Assembly: GCA_963702735.1 (NCBI GenBank)
Contig: CAVPDW010000003.1
Span: 1,173,479-1,237,478 of the forward strand
Length of the DNA: 64,000 bases
DNA from: an uncultured Gammaproteobacteria bacterium
Lineage (GTDB): Bacteria; Pseudomonadota; Gammaproteobacteria; Steroidobacterales; Steroidobacteraceae
Direction of reading: 5' to 3'
The translations under genes were made by a program, and so were the position numbers. Positions 1-9,039 of the stretch are shown here, piece by piece; the stretch's first letter is position 1, and the number at the start of each line of letters is the position of its first letter. A model generated the notes under the pieces. It made no database searches. It was not told the DNA's origin and saw nothing but the letters and a program-made list of their open reading frames with translations.

Positions 1-632
1 CCGCCGAAGATGGTGTGCAGCTGCGCGACCTGGCGCTGCCACGCGAGCGCATCGAGATAGTGCGCAACCGCCATGAGATTCGCCTCAGGCGGCAGCTTGT
101 ACAGCGAGTTGCCCCAGTAGGCGTTGGTGAAAATGCCGAGTTGGCCTGATTCCACCAGCTTCTTCACGCGACCTTGCACATCGGAGAAATAGCCGGGCGA
201 GGAGCGTGCGTAGCCCGAGATCGATTGGGCGAGCGCCGAAGTGGCCTTCGGATCCGCCTTGAGCGCGGATACCACATCCACCCAGTCGAGCGCGTGCAGG
301 TGATAGAAATGCATCACATGATCGTGCACGAACTGCGCCCCGATCATGAGATTGCGGATCAGTTGGGCGTTGATGGGAAGCGTGATTTTGAGGGCATCCT
401 CGACCGCTCGCACCGAGGCGATTCCGTGGACCAAGGTGCACACGCCGCAAATACGCTGCGCGAAGGCCCATGCGTTGCGCGGGTCGCGTCCCCTCAATAT
501 GATTTCTATGCCGCGCACCATCGTTCCCGAACTCGACGCGCGCGTGATCGTCGATCCGTTGAACTCCGCCTCGATCCTCAGATGCCCTTCGATTCGCGTA
601 ATCGGATCGACAACGATGGTCTGTGCGCTCAT
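1..632 (-). CDS. hynL: [NiFe]-hydrogenase large subunit, N-terminal part (gene runs off the left edge)
   Basis: Absent from the ORF track because it has no stop in the window. The reverse complement from 632 reads ATG AGC GCA CAG ACC ATC GTT GTC GAT CCG ATT ACG CGA ATC GAA GGG CAT = [32 protein letters not shown]. This is the conserved DPxTRIEGH N-terminus of [NiFe] large subunits. The ATG overlaps the isp2 stop as ATGA (629-632). Confidence 0.9.
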   Translation of the reverse strand, partial: MSAQTIVVDPITRIEGHLRIEAEFNGSTITRASSSGTMVRGIEIILRGRDPRNAWAFAQRICGVCTLVHGIASVRAVEDALKITLPINAQLIRNLMIGAQFVHDHVMHFYHLHALDWVDVVSALKADPKATSALAQSISGYARSSPGYFSDVQGRVKKLVESGQLGIFTNAYWGNSLYKLPPEANLMAVAHYLDALAWQRQVAQLHTIFG

Positions 633-1954
633 GGCGAGTGTCCGGCGTCGGTCAAGCGGGTTGCCACCAGTTCCAGGAGGCTATGGGGTGTCTTGTCCCA
701 GCTGAAGTGTGCCTGTGCATCGTCAAAGGTTCGCCTGCAATCGGAGCAGCTCGTCAGCAAGGTTCCGGCGCCGGTGTCGTCGATTTCGCGCAACTTGTTC
801 TCCATTGCCCGGTAGCGCAAAGGGGCGGCGCGCTCGATGTCGAGTACGCCGCCGCCGCCGCCGCAGCAGAAGCTGAACCCGCCGTGATTCTTCAACTCAT
901 TCAGCTCGACACCCATCGCCTTCATGAGAGCCCGCGGTGCATCGTTGACGCCGCCCTTGCGCACCAGCTGGCACGGGTCGTGGAAAGTGGCCTTGCCGGC
1001 GGCCGCCGGGCTCAGCCGTAGGCGGCCCGCCTGCAGCTCATCGGCGAGGAATTCAGTCACATGACGCACCTTGAAGGGCAGCGGCTTGCCGTACAGTTCG
1101 GCCGCCTCCCAGCGCAGCGCCGTATAGGCATGACCGCATTCCGGGACCAGCAGAGTCTTGGCGTTGACCAGTATGGCCTGTTCGATCAGCCGCAGGCTGA
1201 TGTCGCGCTGCCAAGCCTTGCCCCCCGCGAAATAGCCATAGTTCTCCGCGACCAGCCCATCGCTGCGAAACGTGCATGAGGCGCCGAGATGCTGCATGAC
1301 GCGTGCCAGCGCCGCGACGGCGCCGGGGTAGTGTTCAATGTCGGTGCGCGGCACGCACAACATGACATCGGCGTCGGGTTTATCGAGCGGTATGGCCACG
1401 TTGAAGCGCGTACCGATGGCGAGCAATTGCTCGCGATAAGGCTCCGCACTCGCTTCCGGCTGGCCGGTGGCACGCTGGTGCGCCGCCTTCTGATACAGCT
1501 CTTTTGGCGCGAGACCCGCATCGAACATGGCGTGCCGGGCCTGCTCTATGAGCGCCGCCACATCGATCCCCATCGGGCAAATCAGGCTGCAACGTCCGCA
1601 CATATTGCAGCTGTCGAAGAGCAGATGCTGCCAGTGTTCCAGTTGGTCCGCGGTGACCTCGCGCTTGAGCCCGAGCAGGCGGTAGAGCGGGGCGAACGGA
1701 CTTGCCTCGCGCTTATAGGCTTGCTTGAAGGGCTCCACCTTCCAGATCGGCGTGTACTGCGGATCTTCCGTCGCAATGTAGAAATGACAGGCGTCGGCGC
1801 AGATGCCGCAGTGTATGCAGGACTCGAGCCTGAAGGCGCTGAGCGCACCGACTTCCTGCGCAAAACCCTTCATGGCGCCGGCGACCCGCGCCGGCGCGGT
1901 TTTGGCCTGCTCGGCGGCGAGATTCGCTGCCGGTGCGCCCGTGGCTTCGCTCAT
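629..1954 (-). CDS. isp2: Isp2, HdrD/DsrK/GlpC-like Fe-S oxidoreductase with CCG domains
   Basis: 441 aa. Two ferredoxin motifs ([23 protein letters not shown]) and Cys-rich CCG-type motifs ([14 protein letters not shown]). Sits between the small and large hydrogenase subunits, as in hynS-isp1-isp2-hynL operons. ATGA overlaps at both ends. Confidence 0.85.
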   Translation of the reverse strand: MSEATGAPAANLAAEQAKTAPARVAGAMKGFAQEVGALSAFRLESCIHCGICADACHFYIATEDPQYTPIWKVEPFKQAYKREASPFAPLYRLLGLKREVTADQLEHWQHLLFDSCNMCGRCSLICPMGIDVAALIEQARHAMFDAGLAPKELYQKAAHQRATGQPEASAEPYREQLLAIGTRFNVAIPLDKPDADVMLCVPRTDIEHYPGAVAALARVMQHLGASCTFRSDGLVAENYGYFAGGKAWQRDISLRLIEQAILVNAKTLLVPECGHAYTALRWEAAELYGKPLPFKVRHVTEFLADELQAGRLRLSPAAAGKATFHDPCQLVRKGGVNDAPRALMKAMGVELNELKNHGGFSFCCGGGGGVLDIERAAPLRYRAMENKLREIDDTGAGTLLTSCSDCRRTFDDAQAHFSWDKTPHSLLELVATRLTDAGHSP

Positions 1955-2610
1955 GAGACCGCTCCTTTGCGTGCAAGCAGCGCGCCGTTGATCGCGCGGG
2001 ACGGGAAGATATAAAAGGCGTGCATCAGCTTGCCGAAAGGAAACCAGATGAGGAGCACATCGACGCTCAATATGTGCACCCCGAGGAGAGTCTGGTATGG
2101 GGCGCCGATATGGGCGGTCGCGGCGAGGCCTGTAACGATCACCAGCGCCGTGATGAACCAGCTGAAGTAATCGTCAAAATTGGACAGCATGCGCATCACG
2201 GGATTCGTCACCCGCCGAAACAGCACCGCCAGAAACAACGTCAGGGTCAACACCGAGATCACGGTGATCAGGCTGCTCGGTAGACCCGGCCATGTGAGGC
2301 CGAACAGGCTGCCGAGAAACAGAATGTGCGGCGTGAACAGCAGCACCACCGCGAACAGGCCGAGGTGATAGCTGTAGCCGAGGGCCTCACCCGCCCCGGT
2401 GCGTGCGATGAACTCGGAGTGCGGCCATGAGCGGGAGCCTATCGTGACGACGCCGCCGCTCAAGAATTTGAGCATCGAGGTGCGCGGTTTGTTGAAGTCG
2501 AAGCGGATGCGCAGCAGCGCAAATCCGACGATGCGCCAGACGACACCCACGCAAAATATCGCAAGCGCCACCTTGAGTGCCGGCCCGCGCGCAAAGCCTA
2601 CAAGATCCAT
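1951..2610 (-). CDS. isp1: Isp1, NarI/DsrM-like integral membrane b-type cytochrome
   Basis: 219 aa, about 5 hydrophobic helices with conserved His (YHLGLF, HILFLG, HILSV, KLMHAF). Lies directly after the small subunit. Its stop overlaps the isp2 start. Confidence 0.8.
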   Translation of the reverse strand: MDLVGFARGPALKVALAIFCVGVVWRIVGFALLRIRFDFNKPRTSMLKFLSGGVVTIGSRSWPHSEFIARTGAGEALGYSYHLGLFAVVLLFTPHILFLGSLFGLTWPGLPSSLITVISVLTLTLFLAVLFRRVTNPVMRMLSNFDDYFSWFITALVIVTGLAATAHIGAPYQTLLGVHILSVDVLLIWFPFGKLMHAFYIFPSRAINGALLARKGAVS

Positions 2611-2614
2611 AGGT

Positions 2615-3727
2615 CTAGCTCCCCTTCGTTGCGTCGTCGACGCTCTGTTCGCTGCCGCGTTGACGCACGCGGCCGAGGCCGGCGGACACCGCTCCTAGAG
2701 CGACGCCCACGGCCGCTGCGCCGCCCGCAAATTCGAGTACTTGGCGCGGTGCCACTTCCCCGGCCTTGCCCCACGAGGCGGCGGACAGCGCTTTATAGAA
2801 ATTCCCCTTGTCCCAGAAACCGGGCTCGGAGCAGCCCAGACAGCCGTGGCCCGATTCGATGGGAAAACTCGTGCCGCCGTTCCACTTCACGGTGGCGCAG
2901 GCGTTGTAAGTCGTCGGCCCCTTGCAGCCGAGCTCGTACAGACACCAGCCGTTGCGTGCGCCCTCATCGTCGAAGGACTTGGCGAACTTGCCCTGGTCGT
3001 AGAACGGCCTGCGATAGCAGCGGTCATGGATGGTATTGCCAAAAAAGGCCTTGGGACGCAGATGCTCATCGAGATCCGGTACGCGCCCGGTCGCGACGAA
3101 CTGCAGCAGCGTGCCGGTGATCACCTCCGGAATGGGTGGGCAGCCCGAGACATTGATGATCGGCTTATCTGCGACGATCGCCGATACCGGCCAAGCGCTC
3201 GTGGGGTTGGGATCCGCGAAGGGAATGCCGCCGAAGGCCGAGCAGGTTCCGACACAGACGATGGCCGCGGCGCCTTTGGCCGCCTCGCGCAAGATATCTT
3301 CGGCACTGCGGCCGCCGGCCGCGCAGTAGGCGCCGCCGGCGCCCGTCGGCACCGACCCGTCCACCACCAGCACATATTTGCCGAAATTGTCCTTCATGGC
3401 CTTGTCGCGCGCCGATTCTGCAGCTTCGCCGGACGCCGCCATGAGCGTGTCGTTGTAGTCCAGGGAGATCGTGTTGAAAATCAAGTTCTCGATGGTGGGC
3501 GCAAAGGAACGCGTCAAGGACTCCAAACAGCCGGTGCATTCCTGGAACGACAGATACACCACCGAGGGCCTGGGCGCATTGCGCAACTGCTCCGCCATGG
3601 CGGGTCCCATCCACGGCGGCAGAGCCATGGCGGAGGCGGTCGCCGTGCAAAACTTGATGAAACTGCGCCGGCTGACACCGTGCTTCAGCAGCATCTCACC
3701 CACGGTAAGCTCGTTCCTGTCGGTCAT
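2615..3727 (-). CDS. hynS: [NiFe]-hydrogenase small subunit (Tat-exported)
   Basis: Twin-arginine signal (SRRSFIKFCTATA). Conserved Cys motifs (ECTGC, CVGTCSAFGGIP, GCPP, CATVKWN, GHGCLGCSEPGFWD). Hydrophobic C-terminal anchor. ATG at 3727 preferred over GTG at 3730 because AGGGAGA lies 5 nt upstream. Confidence 0.93.
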   Translation of the reverse strand: MTDRNELTVGEMLLKHGVSRRSFIKFCTATASAMALPPWMGPAMAEQLRNAPRPSVVYLSFQECTGCLESLTRSFAPTIENLIFNTISLDYNDTLMAASGEAAESARDKAMKDNFGKYVLVVDGSVPTGAGGAYCAAGGRSAEDILREAAKGAAAIVCVGTCSAFGGIPFADPNPTSAWPVSAIVADKPIINVSGCPPIPEVITGTLLQFVATGRVPDLDEHLRPKAFFGNTIHDRCYRRPFYDQGKFAKSFDDEGARNGWCLYELGCKGPTTYNACATVKWNGGTSFPIESGHGCLGCSEPGFWDKGNFYKALSAASWGKAGEVAPRQVLEFAGGAAAVGVALGAVSAGLGRVRQRGSEQSVDDATKGS

Positions 3728-4206
3728 CACGCTCTCCCTGACGGGGGTGGGAGCCCACGGCTAAGGCGCTCGCGCAATGCGCTCGAGGCCGCGGCTATCT
3801 CGTCCGGTGCGCTCGCCAGCAACTCCGGAACGCGCGTCACTTCGAGAAACTCGGCAATCACTTCGCCTTGAGCATCGCAGTGAGTCACCCACCAGAGACC
3901 GGAAAAACTCGCTTCGCGCAACGTCGACAGTCCGTTTGCGTTCACCGTCGCCCGTACCTCGCCTTCCCCCAGTATTCGTTGCAATTCGGACCGTTCCTGC
4001 GGGCTCATCGGCAAACTGCGCAAATCGATGGCTGCCGTGGCTTGACTCGCCGCCAGCCGCTCCAGCAGGCTCGCGAGCTCGGCGAGGATGGCCGATACTC
4101 CGCCACCCAACCCGCCGCTGGATGGCGCCGGTGCTTCGGCCGGCGTCGGCCCCCCGGGGAGTCCCGGCCCTTCGATCCGGATCGGGATTTCGTCCAAGCG
4201 CCTCAA
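3727..4206 (-). CDS. Hydrogenase expression/formation protein, HupH/HyaF C-terminal-domain-like
   Basis: C-terminal block LPMSPQERSELQRILGEGEVRATVNANGLSTLREASFSGLWWVTHCD resembles the HupH_C/HyaF motif (GEGEV, then an aromatic G-x-W-x-V). The long ORF-track form (to 4347) overlaps the protease gene. A TTG at 4206 overlaps the protease stop (TTGA), and the stop overlaps the hynS start. Confidence 0.55.
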   Translation of the reverse strand: MRRLDEIPIRIEGPGLPGGPTPAEAPAPSSGGLGGGVSAILAELASLLERLAASQATAAIDLRSLPMSPQERSELQRILGEGEVRATVNANGLSTLREASFSGLWWVTHCDAQGEVIAEFLEVTRVPELLASAPDEIAAASSALRERLSRGLPPPSGRA

Positions 4207-4733
4207 TGGGTCCCCCAGCGATGCAGCAGGGCGGTCGCCTGCCGGGCGATCTCGGGCAACGCGGCTGCCACCGGCGCGGAGAGCTGTTCGCTCCAATCGA
4301 TGCGCCCGGGCTGTACGACCAAGAGCGCGCGGCGTGGCGGCAGGCACCCCTTAAGGCGGGCCATGTCCAGCAAATCGATGAGCCCGACTTCATGAACCGT
4401 GCGGCGGCGCGTGCTGGACAGAAATTTGTCCATGTCTTCACCGGCAAGAAGGGCGGCCGTTCCAGGCACGCCATGGATTTCGGCGGCATCGATGATCAGC
4501 ATCGAATCCGTCGTCTCCATCAGGGGAAGCAAACTGAAGCTTAAGGTGCCGGCATCGATAAAATTGGCCGCGTCCGCGCCGAGTTCCGAGCGAAGGTGCT
4601 CGACGATTTGCACGCCGGCGCCGTCATCGCTCAGCAACACATTGCCGAATCCGAGCACGAGGGGCAGCGGTATCGACGCCGGAACTGCATCCGCCGGCCG
4701 CAACCCGTCACATCGTTCAAGCCACGACACCAC
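4203..4733 (-). CDS. Hydrogenase maturation endopeptidase (HyaD/HupD/HoxM family)
   Basis: 176 aa. LVLGFGNVLLSDDGAGV and MLIIDA motifs, and a HEVGL His motif, all typical of the Ni-dependent C-terminal processing protease. Confidence 0.88.
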   Translation of the reverse strand: MVSWLERCDGLRPADAVPASIPLPLVLGFGNVLLSDDGAGVQIVEHLRSELGADAANFIDAGTLSFSLLPLMETTDSMLIIDAAEIHGVPGTAALLAGEDMDKFLSSTRRRTVHEVGLIDLLDMARLKGCLPPRRALLVVQPGRIDWSEQLSAPVAAALPEIARQATALLHRWGTH

Positions 4734-4834
4734 AGTCCGCCCTCATTCTTGCCATAATCAAAGCACGCGCCTCGCCGGACGGTCTGTGCGGTTTCGTACA
4801 TACGGGGCTGCACGCGCGGCGCTACGATCCATGA

Positions 4835-5191
4835 GTGCATGAGTTGTCCATTTGCCAAGCTCTCTTGGCGCAGGTGACGGAAATCGCCGCCCAACGTGGT
4901 GCGCCTGCGGTGGAGCGCATCGTCATACAGGTGGGCCCACTCGCAGGCGTCGAGCCGGGGCTGCTCGCGCAAGCCTTTGCCTTCGCTCGCCGCGGCACCT
5001 GCGCGGCGCAGGCCGCACTGTCGATTGAAGCGACCGTCGTCACCGTCGGATGTATTGAGTGCGGTGCGCAATCGCAGACGGCGTCCAACCGGTTGCTTTG
5101 TGCCGTGTGCGGGGGTTACCGTACGAGGATTGTGGCGGGAGACGAACTGTGTCTGCGCCGCGTTGAACTCCAAGCTCCCGCCGCCGCGTGA
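4835..5191 (+). CDS. hypA: Hydrogenase nickel-insertion protein HypA
   Basis: MHELSICQAL N-terminus (MHE Ni site) and a CxxC...CxxC zinc site (CIECG...CAVCGG). GTG start. Confidence 0.93.
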   Translation: MHELSICQALLAQVTEIAAQRGAPAVERIVIQVGPLAGVEPGLLAQAFAFARRGTCAAQAALSIEATVVTVGCIECGAQSQTASNRLLCAVCGGYRTRIVAGDELCLRRVELQAPAAA

Positions 5192-5214
5192 GCCCTGCTG
5201 CTTGAGGATTGACC

Positions 5215-5991
5215 ATGTGCGGAACGTGCGGCTGCAACATTACCCCGGGAAACGATCATTTGATCCCGGCTGAGGAGCATCGCGGTACGGCGGTCGAGGT
5301 GCTGCGGGATCTACTCGGCGCCAACGATCGGGTCGCCCGGCACAATCGGGAACACTTTGACGCGCACGGCGTGCTGGCAATCAATCTCATGTCCTCGCCG
5401 GGCGCCGGTAAGACAGCCTTGCTCGAGGCAACCATCCTGGCGCTGAAGAATCGCTACCGCATCGCGGTTATCGAAGGTGATCTGGAGACGGACAACGATG
5501 CGGTGCGCATACGCGCCCATGGTGTCGATGCGCTGCAGATCACGACGGGGGCAGCCTGTCATCTCGATGCGCACCTCGTGCATCGGGCGCTGCACCAGCT
5601 TCCCCTGACGGGACTCGACCTGTTGTTCATTGAAAACGTGGGAAATCTCGTGTGTCCGGCGAGTTTCGATCTCGGACAGCACTTGAACGTCACCTTGCTG
5701 AGCGTCACCGAGGGCGACGATAAGCCCGCCAAGTACCCGGTGATCTTCCGCGCCAGCGACCTGGTGGTCTTGAGCAAGACGGATCTGCTCGAGGTAATGG
5801 ACGACTTCGATCCGGCTCGCGCGGCCGCGGCGCTGCGCGCGCTCGGCGCAGATACGCCCATGATTCACACGGCGGCGCGGCGCGCCCCGTCGATCGGTCC
5901 CTGGCTGCAGTGGCTCGAAGATGCGCTCGAGCGCCCGCGCCTTGTCGCCGAACGCGCCTTGCCGCCGCGATTCGCGCTGACGGGAGCTTGA
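5215..5991 (+). CDS. hypB: Hydrogenase nickel-incorporation GTPase HypB
   Basis: N-terminal MCGTCGC high-affinity Ni motif, P-loop GSPGAGKT, ENVGNLVCP, SKTDL. ATG at 5215 preferred (GAGGA 6 nt upstream) over the track's TTG at 5209. Confidence 0.93.
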   Translation: MCGTCGCNITPGNDHLIPAEEHRGTAVEVLRDLLGANDRVARHNREHFDAHGVLAINLMSSPGAGKTALLEATILALKNRYRIAVIEGDLETDNDAVRIRAHGVDALQITTGAACHLDAHLVHRALHQLPLTGLDLLFIENVGNLVCPASFDLGQHLNVTLLSVTEGDDKPAKYPVIFRASDLVVLSKTDLLEVMDDFDPARAAAALRALGADTPMIHTAARRAPSIGPWLQWLEDALERPRLVAERALPPRFALTGA

Positions 5992-5994
5992 TAT

Positions 5995-6252
5995 ATGTGT
6001 CTGGCCGTTCCGGTCCAGGTCGTTGCGATTCTCGGCGATCAGTGGGTCGAGACCGAGGTGGGCGGCATCCGCAGCCGCGTATCGACGGCATTGATCGACG
6101 AGGTCGCGCTCGGCGATTTTCTCATCGTCCATGCCGGCTTTGCGATCACGCGCTTGAACGTCGAGGAGGCGGAGAAGAGCCTTCTGCTGTTCGACGAAAT
6201 TGCGGCTCACCTCGATCGGCCTTTCGATGCGCTACATACGCGGGTTCCGTGA
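5995..6252 (+). CDS. hypC: Hydrogenase assembly chaperone HypC/HupF
   Basis: 85 aa with the diagnostic MCLAVP N-terminus. Confidence 0.92.
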   Translation: MCLAVPVQVVAILGDQWVETEVGGIRSRVSTALIDEVALGDFLIVHAGFAITRLNVEEAEKSLLLFDEIAAHLDRPFDALHTRVP

Positions 6253-7360
6253 CGGCGCCGCTGCGGCGGCGCTCGCGCAGCTGATCGAGGCGGAGGCCGA
6301 TCCGCAACGTGAATATCACCTGATGGAATTTTGCGGCGGCCACACGCACGCCATCTTTCGGTATGGAGTCGAGGATTTATTGCCCGGCAACGTGCGCTTG
6401 ATTCACGGGCCCGGCTGCCCGGTCTGCGTGCTGGCGGTGCCGCGGCTCGATATGGCCATCGAATTGACGCGCCAGCCCCAGGTCATCCTCGCCAGCTACG
6501 GCGACATGCTGCGGGTGCCTGCGTCGCGGCGGCGCAGCCTGCTCAAAGTCCGCGCTCTCGGTGCGGACGTGCGCATGGTCTATTCTGCGTTCGAGGCGCT
6601 GGAGATGGCCGCGAGCCACCCCGATCGGCAGGTGGTGTTTTTCGCCATCGGTTTTGAAACCACGACGCCTGCCACTGCGCACGTCATCTTGGAGGCGCGG
6701 CGGCAGGGCTTGAGCAACTTCAGCGTCTATTGCAACCACGTGGTGACGCCTGCGGCGATCCAGAGCATCCTGGACTCGCCCGAGGTGCGTGAATGGGGAC
6801 AAGTGCGGGTCGACGGTTTCATTGGGCCCTCCCACGTCAGCGCCGTGATCGGCAGCCGGCCGTATGAGTACTTCGCCGAGGAATATCAGCGGCCCGTGGT
6901 GATCGCGGGCTTCGAGCCGCTCGATGTGATGCAGGCGATCCTCATGCTGGTTCGGCAATTGAACACCCGCCGCAGCTGCGTCGAGAATCAGTTCACGCGA
7001 GGGGTCACCCGCGACGGCAATACCAAGGCGCAACGCCTGGTCGCGGAGGTGTTCGAGCTGCGTGCGAACTTCGAGTGGCGCGGCCTCGGCGATCTGCCCT
7101 ACAGCGGCTTGCGCATCAAGTCCGCGTTCGGCGCATTCGATGCAGAGCGCCGCTTCGCCGTCAAGGTGCAAACGGCGCCCGAGAATGCTGCATGTCAATG
7201 TCCGGCCATCATCCGCGGCGTCAAGAAGCCCACCGATTGTGCGCTCTTCGCTGCCGCGTGCACGCCCCGGAATCCCATCGGCTCATGCATGGTGTCGGCG
7301 GAAGGCGCCTGCGCCGCCTATTATAAGTATCGGCGCGGCGTGGCGCGGGCGGCGAGCTGA
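6227..7360 (+). CDS. hypD: Hydrogenase formation protein HypD
   Basis: FCGGHTHAI, GPGCPVCV and a C-terminal Cys cluster. Start taken at MRYIRGFRD (the typical HypD N-terminus), which overlaps the hypC end. Confidence 0.93.
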   Translation: MRYIRGFRDGAAAAALAQLIEAEADPQREYHLMEFCGGHTHAIFRYGVEDLLPGNVRLIHGPGCPVCVLAVPRLDMAIELTRQPQVILASYGDMLRVPASRRRSLLKVRALGADVRMVYSAFEALEMAASHPDRQVVFFAIGFETTTPATAHVILEARRQGLSNFSVYCNHVVTPAAIQSILDSPEVREWGQVRVDGFIGPSHVSAVIGSRPYEYFAEEYQRPVVIAGFEPLDVMQAILMLVRQLNTRRSCVENQFTRGVTRDGNTKAQRLVAEVFELRANFEWRGLGDLPYSGLRIKSAFGAFDAERRFAVKVQTAPENAACQCPAIIRGVKKPTDCALFAAACTPRNPIGSCMVSAEGACAAYYKYRRGVARAAS

Positions 7361-9039
7361 TGCGCATCCTGCTGCTGGTGCACGCGTTCAACAGCCTGTC
7401 GCAACGCCTGTATGTGGAACTGACGGCGGATGGTCATGAACTCTCTGTCGAACTGGACATTCACGACCGCGTGACGGCCGAGGCCGTGGGTCTGTGGAAA
7501 CCCGATCTCATCCTTGCGCCCTTCTTGAAGCGCGCGATTCCAGCCTCGATATGGGAACGCCGCCTGTGTCTCATCGTGCATCCCGGGCCGCCGGGGGATC
7601 GCGGTCCGTCGGCCCTCGACTGGGCAATTTTGCGTGCGGCAAGTCATTGGGGGGTCACCGTGCTGCAGGCGCAGGCGGAACTCGACTCGGGGCCCGTTTG
7701 GGGCTGTGCGACTTTTCCCATGCGCGCTGCACGCAAGAGCAGCCTGTATCGCCACGAAGTCACAGAAGGCGCCGTCAGCGCCGTGCGGATGGCCCTCGCT
7801 CGTGTGCTGCATTGTGAGGGACCACTGACTGTCGATGGGCCGCACACACACGGCTGGCAGCCGCCGATGCGCCAGGAGGAGCGCGCGATCGACTGGACCC
7901 ACGATGATACCGCGACCGTCCTGCGTAAGATCCGTTCAGCGGACAGCTTTCCCGGCGTGCAGGATCGAATCTGCGGGCGCGACTTCAGGCTCTTCGATGC
8001 GCATCAGGAGGCGCGCTTGTGCGGCGCGCCTGGGGTGCTCATTGCGCGGCGCCACCAGTCCATCTGCCGGGCCACGACCGATGGTGCCGTGTGGATAGGC
8101 CAGCTACAGCCGGTCGGCGGGGAGAAGCGCAGTTTCAAGCGTCCCGCGGTGCTCGCTCTGGGCGGGTGCGCGGACTCTCTTGCCGAAGCCGATCAATGCT
8201 CGAGCGTTGCCGGCGAGGATATAGGCTACGAGGAGCGCGGCGCCGTCGGTTATCTGTATTTTGATTTCTACAACGGCGCGATCTCCACTCCGCAGTGTGA
8301 ACGGCTGCGCTCTGCCTATGCTCGAGCCTGCCGGCGGCCGACTCGAGTCATCGTGTTGATGGGCGGAGCGGATTTCTGGTGCAATGGAATGCATTTGCAT
8401 TGCATCGAGGCCGCGGAAAGCCCTGCCGATGCCAGTTGGGCCAACATCAACAGCATCGATGACTTCGCCTGCGACATTCTCAATACCGACACTCATCTGA
8501 CGATCGCTGCGTTGCAGGGCAGCGCGGCGGCGGGCGGGGTCTTTTTGGCGCTCGCCGCCGACTGCGTTTTGGCGCGCAGCGGCATCGTCTTGAACCCGCA
8601 TTATCGCAACATGGGCAATTTATACGGCTCGGAGTACTGGACCTACCTGTTGCCGCGACGCGTGGGCGCCCCGCGAGCACAGGCAATCATGACGCGGCGT
8701 CTGCCGCTCGGCATGCCGGAAGCATGCACGCTGGGGCTGATCGATGATCACGACGGCCCGGACGCGGCGCGATTTCGCGCGCTCGTCGACACCCGGGCCT
8801 CGGCTCTCGCGGCGGACGCGCGATTTGCACACGCACTGGCCGACAAGCGCCTTCGCCGGGCGGCAGACGAACAATGCCGCCCGCTCGCGGATTATCGGGC
8901 CGAAGAGCTCAAGCACATGCGCATGAATTTCTATGGTTTCGACCCGAGCTACCACATCGCCCGCCATCGGTTCGTCTATCGCACTGCGCACGCATGGACA
9001 CCGCTGCATCTCGCTCGGCACCGCCGCGCGGCTGCATGA
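7360..9039 (+). CDS. hypX: HypX/HoxX (formyltransferase-like N-domain + enoyl-CoA hydratase-like C-domain)
   Basis: 559 aa. N-terminal Fmt-like motif (IVHPGPPGDRGPSALDWAI). C-terminal crotonase-like region (GGADFWCNGMHL, AAAGGVFLALAAD). Placed between hypD and hypF, with stop/start overlaps on both sides. Confidence 0.85.
   Translation: MRILLLVHAFNSLSQRLYVELTADGHELSVELDIHDRVTAEAVGLWKPDLILAPFLKRAIPASIWERRLCLIVHPGPPGDRGPSALDWAILRAASHWGVTVLQAQAELDSGPVWGCATFPMRAARKSSLYRHEVTEGAVSAVRMALARVLHCEGPLTVDGPHTHGWQPPMRQEERAIDWTHDDTATVLRKIRSADSFPGVQDRICGRDFRLFDAHQEARLCGAPGVLIARRHQSICRATTDGAVWIGQLQPVGGEKRSFKRPAVLALGGCADSLAEADQCSSVAGEDIGYEERGAVGYLYFDFYNGAISTPQCERLRSAYARACRRPTRVIVLMGGADFWCNGMHLHCIEAAESPADASWANINSIDDFACDILNTDTHLTIAALQGSAAAGGVFLALAADCVLARSGIVLNPHYRNMGNLYGSEYWTYLLPRRVGAPRAQAIMTRRLPLGMPEACTLGLIDDHDGPDAARFRALVDTRASALAADARFAHALADKRLRRAADEQCRPLADYRAEELKHMRMNFYGFDPSYHIARHRFVYRTAHAWTPLHLARHRRAAA

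Noticed and set aside
4734-4834. Possible sigma-54 (GG-N10-GC) or FNR-like element (TTGATTATGGCAAG on the minus strand) in the hyn/hyp divergent promoter region.
   Set aside because: GG-N10-GC matches are expected by chance at this G+C content, and there is no TGGCAC/TTGC core. The FNR-like right half-site matches only 2 of 5 positions.
8874-9035. Upstream extensions of track ORFs. These are: hypF from 8874, hypE from 10787, atpA from 30529, atpB from 32522, atpD from 33846, atpK frame from 28353, crp1 to 13963, crp3 from 17580, cydA from 13861, GH15-like from 53112, MFS from 55538, VOC to 61263, propeller to 39861, di-iron gene to 38746.
   Set aside because: The extensions overlap the preceding gene in another frame and are compositionally junk. 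Internal starts give the family-typical N-terminus, usually with an RBS or an ATGA/GTGA overlap.
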